Shown here: positions 28,468 to 36,417 of the stretch, piece by piece
How positions within the stretch are numbered: position 1 is the stretch's first letter
Layout: each line of letters begins with the position of its first letter
IMG/VR virus record: IMGVR_UViG_3300029171_000010
Coordinates: 1-53,919 of that record
Origin: a virus
Lineage: Duplodnaviria > Caudoviricetes
Strand: one strand, 5' to 3'
Length of the DNA: 53,919 bases
Position numbers and translations under genes: made by a program
Notes under the pieces: model-generated
What the model was told of the DNA's origin: nothing
Databases searched by the model: none
Seen by the model: the letters and a program-made list of their open reading frames with translations, nothing else

Positions 28468-29660
28468 CCTGGCACCTCGATCACCGCCATGCCATTACAC
28501 GGTCTGACAAATGTTACCACCCAGTCGCGTTCAGCGCAATAGCGCTCCGTCGCCACCCGTACACCGGGGAAGGTTTCGGTATCGTGAATGCAGATCGTAC
28601 CACCTGGCTTTACCAGATGCCCCCAGATTGAGAGTTCAGCGGCGACATGATCTTCGGTATGGATCGTGTCAATCAAGAGCAGGTCGCACGGTAGCGCTTT
28701 CTTTAACACCTTAGTGGTTTGCATATCCGTACTACTGGCCTGTACGAACATCCAAAGCGGATGCCCCGCCGCAACCTGTGCCGATTGCGGATCAATATCC
28801 ACACTCCACACCCGCCCGCCATGACGCTCTACACCTGCGAGGAGTGCCATGGTAGACACACCGGATCGGGTGCCAAGTTCGATAACGTTGCCCGCCGCCT
28901 TGGCAAACAATAGCGGCAAGTGATGCTGAATGTCGCTTTGTGTAGCACATTGCTGCATATAGCGGCGGTAGGTTTCCGTTTCGGGTTGCTTTGCGACGAC
29001 ACGCGCCACACTGCGAATAAACGTTTCGCGATTCTGCTCAAATGATGCGCCGTGATTACGCAGCGCCCCTGCGGTTTGCCCGCCTTTATGCTGCACTGGC
29101 CACGCCGTCTGTACCAGTTTAATCCCTGACTGCAACGCACGCAGACAAAGGTCGTTATCTTCCCAATAGGGATGAGGGTAGTTAACGCTGTCCCATGGGC
29201 CGTAAGGTTGAATGAGTTGATTGTTGCCTTGGATGCCTAGTTGTTCCCACGTTGCCCGCGTCGCCGCAAGGCACCAACCCTCCAAGTACGGCCAATGATC
29301 GCCAAACAGGAATTGCGCGGCAAGGGCAGGGCCATACAGCGCCCCATCCCGCACGTCATGTGCGACGGATTGTAGCCACTTCGGATCGCCTGCAATGTCG
29401 CTGTTCATAAAGATAACAATTTCACCCGTAGCCACGGCATAGCCTTGGTTATTGGCGGCAGCAAATCCGGCGTTGACATCGTTACGCAGATAGATACCGC
29501 TGCGCTCTTCAGTGAACGCTTTGAGCGCTGTAGCGTTCGTGTCGTCACTAGCGTTGTCAATCGTGACAATTTGGATGTCCTGCGGAATAGCGGCAGCGTA
29601 ATCACGAAGTAAAGTATCGGCACCGTTTTTCCATGGGGTAATGATACTAATGGTTGTCAT
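28464..29660 (-). CDS. GT2 glycosyltransferase fused to class I SAM methyltransferase
   Basis: IDNASDD, GFAAANNQG, FMNSD, WEDNDLC; ELGTRSG, LIDTIH, GGTICIHD. Confidence 0.9.
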   Translation of the reverse strand: MTTISIITPWKNGADTLLRDYAAAIPQDIQIVTIDNASDDTNATALKAFTEERSGIYLRNDVNAGFAAANNQGYAVATGEIVIFMNSDIAGDPKWLQSVAHDVRDGALYGPALAAQFLFGDHWPYLEGWCLAATRATWEQLGIQGNNQLIQPYGPWDSVNYPHPYWEDNDLCLRALQSGIKLVQTAWPVQHKGGQTAGALRNHGASFEQNRETFIRSVARVVAKQPETETYRRYMQQCATQSDIQHHLPLLFAKAAGNVIELGTRSGVSTMALLAGVERHGGRVWSVDIDPQSAQVAAGHPLWMFVQASSTDMQTTKVLKKALPCDLLLIDTIHTEDHVAAELSIWGHLVKPGGTICIHDTETFPGVRVATERYCAERDWVVTFVRPCNGMAVIEVPG

Positions 29661-29881
29661 GCTTGCGCCTCCGTTCTCCGCCGTAATTCGTTTTCGAGCG
29701 CGTTTTGTTCGTCAACCCAACGAATGCACAACTCAGTAATAATGTCGTCCGGTAATCCATGTTCAATTGCAAGATTGCGATATTGTTTACACGCGAGCAC
29801 ACGAAACAACATGCCAGGCATAATAGAGGTAAGATCGTTTGTGATCATGTCAGTGTATTGTTGTTTTTGTTCGGCGTTCAC
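29657..29881 (-). CDS. Hypothetical protein
   Basis: GTGA/ATGA coupling. Confidence 0.55.
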   Translation of the reverse strand: MNAEQKQQYTDMITNDLTSIMPGMLFRVLACKQYRNLAIEHGLPDDIITELCIRWVDEQNALENELRRRTEAQA

Positions 29882-31095
29882 TTCGTCACCTCCAGCACGC
29901 TACGCGGTTCTACAATGCGCAGCACGCCGCGCTGGTGCTCTCGTTCAAGTTTGTCGGTAATCGCCGCAAGCGTTGGCTTCCAGTGCGCTTCTTTGACGGC
30001 TTCGATCATGTAGGCGCTGGCACCGGCGAGCGCTTTGGCGCGGAGTGATTCGCGCTCACCCGCTACCCGCAAACGTTTCTCCATCGTATCGAAGGCAAAC
30101 GCAATGGCATCAGGTTGCGGGAGAAACACATAGCTCATCTGTTTATCGTAGTAGTGGAATGCGTCGGCTTTGTCAATCGCGCATCCGGCAAACAGCAGTT
30201 CAGCGCTAGCCGTCCAATCGCCCACAATCACCGGCGTACCGCATGCTTGCGCTTCCAGTGTGGGAATACCAAACCCTTCGCCAATCGAAACGGTGTTCAC
30301 CACATCCATGGCACTATAGAACGTGCGCATATATTCGATAGGCAATCCGCGATCATAGGCATCTTGATCGATGAAATGGACATACGGAGTAATGCCGAGC
30401 TGTGCGAGTTGGCCGGGGAGATTGATTGCACCCTCGCGGCCTTGCTCGCCCGCATGAGTGTGCAGGTACAGGCGCGCATGCGGGTTTACTCGAAGATAGC
30501 GCGCAAACGCTTCGATATTCTGTGGCCACGCTTTACGGCTGGGATCGCTGCCACGATTGACGGCCACCATGCCAATCGCGAATGTCTCTGGCGCAATGCC
30601 GAGCTTTTCGCGCGCATCGGGTACATGGTAGTAGTCATTAGGATTGATCGTGTGTGGCGTGTAGCCAGGGCTGAACCCGACATTGCGTAACTGCTCCCAG
30701 CCAAAGCGCGCATAGGCAATCTGATGATAGCTATGTTGACGAAGCATGGACACAATTGGCTCAGGGATCGGATCGTGATCCACGGGGATCATGGGCACCC
30801 AGCGCACAGGGATGCGCCACGATTGCGGCTGATACACCCATAAATCTTTCAGGGTGACGACAATATCGGGGTTGAATTGTTGCACGGCTGGCTTGATCGC
30901 GTCGTTCCCAAAGCCGTCCATGCCGCCGGGGAACACGGTAAAGCCGTTCCATTGTTGACTGGCACCATGCAGCCCGAACGCCGCCACGTAGGCCACGTCA
31001 TGTCCCAGATCGCGCAAGATCGGGCCGATCATCGCCGCTTGCACTGCATATCCAGAGGTCGCCCATGGAGCATCGGAAACTAAAAGGATTCGCAT
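29878..31095 (-). CDS. GT4 (GT-B) glycosyltransferase
   Basis: SGYAVQ, RK, GEGFGIPTLEAQACGTPVI. Confidence 0.92.
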   Translation of the reverse strand: MRILLVSDAPWATSGYAVQAAMIGPILRDLGHDVAYVAAFGLHGASQQWNGFTVFPGGMDGFGNDAIKPAVQQFNPDIVVTLKDLWVYQPQSWRIPVRWVPMIPVDHDPIPEPIVSMLRQHSYHQIAYARFGWEQLRNVGFSPGYTPHTINPNDYYHVPDAREKLGIAPETFAIGMVAVNRGSDPSRKAWPQNIEAFARYLRVNPHARLYLHTHAGEQGREGAINLPGQLAQLGITPYVHFIDQDAYDRGLPIEYMRTFYSAMDVVNTVSIGEGFGIPTLEAQACGTPVIVGDWTASAELLFAGCAIDKADAFHYYDKQMSYVFLPQPDAIAFAFDTMEKRLRVAGERESLRAKALAGASAYMIEAVKEAHWKPTLAAITDKLEREHQRGVLRIVEPRSVLEVTK

Positions 31096-31275
31096 CTACC
31101 CTCCCGCCCAGGTAATCCCGCGTCGTTGCGTACCACAGCAGCGCGGGTAGCTGCCTGTCCCCCGTCGGGTAAGTGGTACGCAGAAGAAACAAAAAAAGCG
31201 GCGGCAAACCCCGAAGGGCGTACCACCGCTCGATTGAGCAGCGCTCATTACGGATAGTATAGCATAGGATTGCAA
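31096..31275 (-). promoter_or_regulatory. Short-spacer promoter, terminator and structured leader of the GT cassette
   Basis: TTGCAA-8-TATACT; TTCG-loop hairpin plus T7; second 10-bp stem tgcgtaccac/gtggtacgca. Confidence 0.7.
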
Positions 31276-31290
31276 GAGGGGAATACGAGG

Positions 31291-31872
31291 CTAGATCGCA
31301 CCGCCAGAGCGTGAGCGATACGGCGCGAGCATGTAGCGCACATCATCCGGCATGCCGCGCCCCATGGGCTGCACGCCTGCTTCTTGGAAGCCGATCTGAT
31401 CGTTCGGCGTAATATCTTTTTGGCGGAAAAGAAACGTCGCGTACCGCTCGGTTGCGCGTTGAATATCCGCTGGTGCAACCGTGCCATACCCCCATGTGCC
31501 ACTGACGATCATATCCTGATCGGTATTCCAAGTATAGGTATAACTGCTCTTCAGTCGCATAATACGGTACGGTGGCCCTTCACGCGGCTCTAGCCACACA
31601 CTACCCACGGGCACCACGCGCCCATCACCAAGCGTGAGCGCCGTTAGGGTGTGTAAATCTTCTTGCAACCAAAAGGCGTTCTCACGTACCCGATCTTGCT
31701 CGTACCGATTGACATAGACAGTCCCCGGTGTGCCAACGAAGTTGCGGCGCGTATAGCTCGTGATTGCCATTTCTGCATCGTCAATACAATCTTGCAGCAC
31801 ATTATCGGCATCCGTTTCGGTGCCAAGCCCCATATACGATTTTAATCGCGCCAGTGTAATATAGCGACTCAT
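31291..31872 (-). CDS. Head-tail connector (gp6/gp15-like)
   Basis: YITLARLKSYMG...AITSYTRRNF...WGY..PADI...MLAPYR. Confidence 0.85.
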   Translation of the reverse strand: MSRYITLARLKSYMGLGTETDADNVLQDCIDDAEMAITSYTRRNFVGTPGTVYVNRYEQDRVRENAFWLQEDLHTLTALTLGDGRVVPVGSVWLEPREGPPYRIMRLKSSYTYTWNTDQDMIVSGTWGYGTVAPADIQRATERYATFLFRQKDITPNDQIGFQEAGVQPMGRGMPDDVRYMLAPYRSRSGGAI

Positions 31873-33824
31873 ACTGCCCTCACATCCCATGCATCAAACA
31901 CACAGCCATCATCAACATCTTCACGATAGAGTCCCCAACGTGTACCCGTGAGTGTCACACTGATTGGGTAGCTCATCACATTCACGCCGTTTAGAAACAC
32001 GTGGCATAAATCTGCGCCGCCGTTTGGATCACCGGCAATCTCAAGCGCCAGTGTATAGGTGGTACTCACGGCGTAATACGCGCCGACGTTAATTTTATGG
32101 CAAATAGCCAAACTGCCTGCGCCTTCGAGGAGTTCTATTTCATCATTACTTGGTTGACTCGTATCCTTGAACAACCGCACCACAAGCGCCGTGTTGTCAT
32201 CCGTGTAGCGTGCCACAACACCAGCACGAATCGTGTTGGTTGGGAATGACGACGGCGTAATGACGTTCACAGATGCGCGAGCGCTTGTGGTACTGAGTTG
32301 CTGAGTAACGAAGTTATTGCCAACGGCAGCACTGACGGTTGCTTGATTGCTTTGGATTGTCCATGTACCCGCGTGCTCTGTCCACGCCCCGCCCGCTTCA
32401 GCGGTATGTGCATTCAGGCGTGTGCCGTTGGTGTCGGTGAAGGTATCAGTAGCCAGTGTTGCGCCAAGTGTGCGCTGTGCGGGTAATGCGCCAGTAATCA
32501 GGCCAGTAAGCGAAAAGGTAAGCGGGTAGACATACAGGTTGTCCCAGCGTGCGCCGTTGCCGCTGGTGGTGGAAAACAACCCCACACCCCGCGCGGTTAA
32601 AAAATTATTACCACTATCAGTAACCCATGTTGTACCGAGTGCCGTGATAACCCCGGTGCTTAAGCGCTCTGAGAAAAAACGATAGCGATTGTCTTTGCGG
32701 CCAATATACCAACGAACAGTTTCACCGGCGGTAAAACTGAACGTCCCCGCACTCGCAATGGTGCTGTCAAAGCCACCTGCTTTCCATACCTGAATGGTAA
32801 CAGTTGTAGCGCTGCCGTTATTCCAGATACGAATATAGTTGCTTGAATCTTGCACCGCAATCAGCACGCCAACACCGTTTGTTGCGGGCGTTGGCCATGT
32901 AATATCGCACACCATCCACCCGTCACCGTTGCTTGGCAGTGCATCGGGGTAGGTGACATTCATAAACCCGCTGCCGCTTGGGTTGTAGGCTTGGTTGCTG
33001 CTTATCCCCCATGTGCCGACATTTGACACCCACGGCGTACCAACACTACTGCCGCTATCGGCACGGGTGAAAGTGTCGCTTGTCACATACTGCGTGGCAA
33101 GGGCAGGGGCATCAATAATGCGCACGTCCTGCAATTGATTGCCGTTGGGATACGGGATTGTGGCCAGCGCTTGCATGCTTGGATAGAGTGGGGTGGTCGT
33201 TCCGGTATGCGACGGCCACACGATGCGCGCATTCGGGTACGCGGGCACTCCGATTGGATCGTTGCTATTGAAGAGGTTGCCCGCGTCATCTGCAATGGCG
33301 CTCATCCACACCAGTGCGCCAGTCGTGTACAGTGTGACACCAACGAGGTATTGTACAGGGCGAAAGGCGCGGCTATCGCTGATGACAATCTTCTGGCCAA
33401 TGGCAGCAGCGGCCATGGTTGCGCCTTCGGTGACAAGCTGGTGCCCAACCGTGCGCGGATCGGTCGTGTTGGTCGCAATGTCCCAGCCGAACACGGCGGC
33501 CAGTGTCGATCCGCTGGTGTCTTCGGCAATGAACAGCCCCACCAGTGTGCGCCCGGCGACACGATCAAACCCAGCCCCGCCGGATTGTGTCCAGATGACT
33601 TTGCTATTGCCCCATGTCGGTGATGAGGATTGACCACCCCCGCGTAAGGCTTTTTGGTTCGCAAGGATTTTCCACAGCGAACCGGTGGCATCGCGTGCGC
33701 CTGCACCCGGCTCGGCGGCTGCGTCAACAACCGGATTGATCGCCGTACTGAACCAATCACGCAAGAGCGCATACGCGCTACTGAGGTGCGAGCGGCGAAA
33801 GAGGGTGAGCAGCGAATGCCCCAC
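31869..33824 (-). CDS. Beta-rich putative virion protein with tandem lectin-like domains
   Basis: Repeated DTFT...GTW.I.SNQA...[W/F]D units; lies in head module. Confidence 0.6.
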   Translation of the reverse strand: MGHSLLTLFRRSHLSSAYALLRDWFSTAINPVVDAAAEPGAGARDATGSLWKILANQKALRGGGQSSSPTWGNSKVIWTQSGGAGFDRVAGRTLVGLFIAEDTSGSTLAAVFGWDIATNTTDPRTVGHQLVTEGATMAAAAIGQKIVISDSRAFRPVQYLVGVTLYTTGALVWMSAIADDAGNLFNSNDPIGVPAYPNARIVWPSHTGTTTPLYPSMQALATIPYPNGNQLQDVRIIDAPALATQYVTSDTFTRADSGSSVGTPWVSNVGTWGISSNQAYNPSGSGFMNVTYPDALPSNGDGWMVCDITWPTPATNGVGVLIAVQDSSNYIRIWNNGSATTVTIQVWKAGGFDSTIASAGTFSFTAGETVRWYIGRKDNRYRFFSERLSTGVITALGTTWVTDSGNNFLTARGVGLFSTTSGNGARWDNLYVYPLTFSLTGLITGALPAQRTLGATLATDTFTDTNGTRLNAHTAEAGGAWTEHAGTWTIQSNQATVSAAVGNNFVTQQLSTTSARASVNVITPSSFPTNTIRAGVVARYTDDNTALVVRLFKDTSQPSNDEIELLEGAGSLAICHKINVGAYYAVSTTYTLALEIAGDPNGGADLCHVFLNGVNVMSYPISVTLTGTRWGLYREDVDDGCVFDAWDVRAV

Positions 33825-33825
33825 A

Positions 33826-34200
33826 TCACACCGGCCTGGTAATTAAGACAAATGTCCCCGCCGCGCTTTGCACCGTGCCGCCCGTCGAAAGCCCGGTGCG
33901 TAATCGCAACCAGTGAATTGATGGCATGTCTGATGGCGACGGCAAATACAACATGGCCGTGCCATACAACGTGCCAATGTTGTATTCCGTGGTACCACTA
34001 TAGAAATTGAGCCACGTTCCCCCGTTGTGAGGCGGCGTAGGATCGGACGTGACTTGAAATGATAAAGGAGCGGTGGTGAACGTACCTGGAATGGCGACCC
34101 CGATCAGGGCTTCTCCATTCAGATACGCTGATCCGCTAAATGAACCGCTTGCAGGAATAACAACCTGCTGTGCGCCCATGAGATTCTGGAAGTTTGGCAT
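33826..34200 (-). CDS. Putative capsid decoration / minor virion protein
   Basis: Position after MCP; G/T/S-rich beta protein. Confidence 0.6.
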   Translation of the reverse strand: MPNFQNLMGAQQVVIPASGSFSGSAYLNGEALIGVAIPGTFTTAPLSFQVTSDPTPPHNGGTWLNFYSGTTEYNIGTLYGTAMLYLPSPSDMPSIHWLRLRTGLSTGGTVQSAAGTFVLITRPV

Positions 34201-34249
34201 CGTTGTTACTCTTTCGTTGGAGCGGGGACAGCACCCGCTCCAATTCGCA

Positions 34250-34564
34250 TTATCCACCAAAGGCGAAAATACCAATGGTTCCGCCGCCTGCTGCAGCTGC
34301 GGTGCCAAGGAGGCCACGCACAATCACCGATCCGCTTGCGAAGAGCGATGGATCGATTTGCGCGCCACTCACCGTGCCTGCGCCAATATTCGCGCCGTAT
34401 GCAAATTGACCGGCAAACGCCACCGGAAACCCAATTCCCACGGTTGACACACCTGACGCAAGGCTGGTGGTTCCCCACCAGACTCGCGCCGCTGTCTGTA
34501 CCCCGTTGATCGTGGTAAACGGGGTGCCGCCCTGCAAGAACCCGCTTGGAGTGTTATAAGACAT
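34250..34564 (-). CDS. Putative minor virion protein
   Basis: AGGAGGT RBS; Gly-rich. Confidence 0.65.
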   Translation of the reverse strand: MSYNTPSGFLQGGTPFTTINGVQTAARVWWGTTSLASGVSTVGIGFPVAFAGQFAYGANIGAGTVSGAQIDPSLFASGSVIVRGLLGTAAAAGGGTIGIFAFGG

Positions 34565-34574
34565 GATCTACCTC

Positions 34575-35021
34575 CTAGCTGAGTGCAGTTCCGTAGGCAA
34601 CCAGATTCAACGCACCGGATGTGGTTCCGGCAGTACGTGGCCAGGTACTCAGGATTTCAAGCGCCCCGCGCCATGTGCCACCCGATTCCACAGTACCAGC
34701 AGCGGCAATATACGGATAGTTGGTTCCCGATGCGGCGAATGTACCGAGCACATCGCTCTTGATGTCAATCACTGCACCTGCACCGTTGCCAGAGCCGACC
34801 GGCAGACTAGCGATCAAGCGTGGCGATGAACCGGCGGTGTTGGTTACGCCATATACGTTAATCGTGCCGTGGTTGGCAATGGTGCCAATAAACCGCACGG
34901 AATGGTATTCGTACTCACCTGCTGGTGCAACCCCGGCAGCGGTGCCGCCAAAGCTGGCACCAATAAATGTGCCAGATGCCAACAGGGTTGAGAGTGCATT
35001 TTCAAACAGATTGTGTGCCAT
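34575..35021 (-). CDS. Putative head decoration / cement protein
   Basis: Immediately after MCP. Confidence 0.65.
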   Translation of the reverse strand: MAHNLFENALSTLLASGTFIGASFGGTAAGVAPAGEYEYHSVRFIGTIANHGTINVYGVTNTAGSSPRLIASLPVGSGNGAGAVIDIKSDVLGTFAASGTNYPYIAAAGTVESGGTWRGALEILSTWPRTAGTTSGALNLVAYGTALS

Positions 35022-35022
35022 G

Positions 35023-36417
35023 TTATGCGCTCACTTTCATAGCCGCGATCCCCCACGGGTTGATCACTTGGCCGCCGCCGCGCTTGCGGGCGACGAGGAC
35101 AATATTATTGGTTTTTGCAGTAGTGCTATCGTCATAGCGCATAATGTCCATGCCGATGCGCTCCACAATCAAATACGCGCCCTTTGTGACGAACAGCACC
35201 GGGTAGACGTTCTGAGTATAAGTGGTACCACTTGCGGTTGTGGGCGATGCCAACACTTCGCTTTCGAGGATGTTGTATCCTTCGAGTTGACGGGGCTGTC
35301 CGGCTACTAGTTGATATTGTCGATCCCCCCAAAGATACGCGCCGCTACCGTCTTTGAGTGTTTTGGTAGTACGAACAGTGCCACGACTCATGACCCACGA
35401 TCCGCCCGCGCTGCGATACTGTGATGCGATGGCATACGGCAGATTACGGAACGCATCGCCGGTGAGTGCGGTATTGTTGCCGCTGTTCTGCGATGTAATA
35501 CTGCCATAGGCAAAGGTGTATGGGCCGCCCGTGGTTGCGTCTTTCAGGATGCCTTGTGGCCCGGCAACGCCGTTACCTACCAAGTATTGTTCATCATCAA
35601 ACACCGCAAATGCGCTGGCAAATTGATTTTGCAGATAGTTCAGGATAGCAAGCGATCCTTGGCTATCTTCGATCAAATTCTTACTAACGGCCACATGGCC
35701 CATCATGACATGTACGGGGATGGTGACCTGTCCAAACGTGGCGTTGGTTTCGGCTTGGGTTGCGGTTGGGCTTTCGTCCACCTTGTACACGCGAACCGCG
35801 CCAGTGTAGCGGTCATCGCCGCCGGTGGCGACGGGCATGGTTACGCGATCCCGCGTGGTCGTCATGATCTCGGCAACTTGGCGGACAGCAGTCATGCCCT
35901 GCAAGCGAGTGACAAGGCGGTCGCGAAAGTCTTCTGGCACCAGATAGCCACCGAGGGTATCTTGGCTTTCAATTTGCGTGGCCTTCATTTCGCTAATACT
36001 CATGCCAAGCTGCAAGAATGATTCAACCTGAGATGGGCTGTACACCATAGCACGATGCAGTTGCGGATCGTACTGGCCGGTGCGGATATAGCGCACAAAG
36101 TCAGCACTCTTTGCCCATGCAAACTTGCGATGATCTTGACCGTACAATTCACTCATTACCTGATCCATTGCATCGCCGGTGTCGCCATACTGGCGCATAT
36201 ACCATGACTTGGTCGCAATGTCGGTTGCGGATTGCACGGGGGTTTCGTCCTGCTTCATATCGGGCAGGGGTGGTCGGTTGGCTTCCACTTGGATAGCAGT
36301 CATTGCATCAAGTTCTTTGAGTGCTTTGGCGGCTTCCATTTTTGCGCGAGCCTCATCCAGTTTATTATCAAGGATGAGCTGGCGCGCCTCATTCGTGAGG
36401 GCTTGAAACGTGCTCAT
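35023..36417 (-). CDS. HK97-fold major capsid protein with delta domain
   Basis: GGYLVPEDF, GNGVAGPQGIL, LKDGSGAYLW, LEGY. Confidence 0.95.
   Translation of the reverse strand: MSTFQALTNEARQLILDNKLDEARAKMEAAKALKELDAMTAIQVEANRPPLPDMKQDETPVQSATDIATKSWYMRQYGDTGDAMDQVMSELYGQDHRKFAWAKSADFVRYIRTGQYDPQLHRAMVYSPSQVESFLQLGMSISEMKATQIESQDTLGGYLVPEDFRDRLVTRLQGMTAVRQVAEIMTTTRDRVTMPVATGGDDRYTGAVRVYKVDESPTATQAETNATFGQVTIPVHVMMGHVAVSKNLIEDSQGSLAILNYLQNQFASAFAVFDDEQYLVGNGVAGPQGILKDATTGGPYTFAYGSITSQNSGNNTALTGDAFRNLPYAIASQYRSAGGSWVMSRGTVRTTKTLKDGSGAYLWGDRQYQLVAGQPRQLEGYNILESEVLASPTTASGTTYTQNVYPVLFVTKGAYLIVERIGMDIMRYDDSTTAKTNNIVLVARKRGGGQVINPWGIAAMKVSA

Noticed and set aside
31198-31230. GGCAAACC suggesting a c-di-GMP-I riboswitch
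   Set aside because: On the non-coding strand and lacks the downstream GACGCAAAGC and second stem
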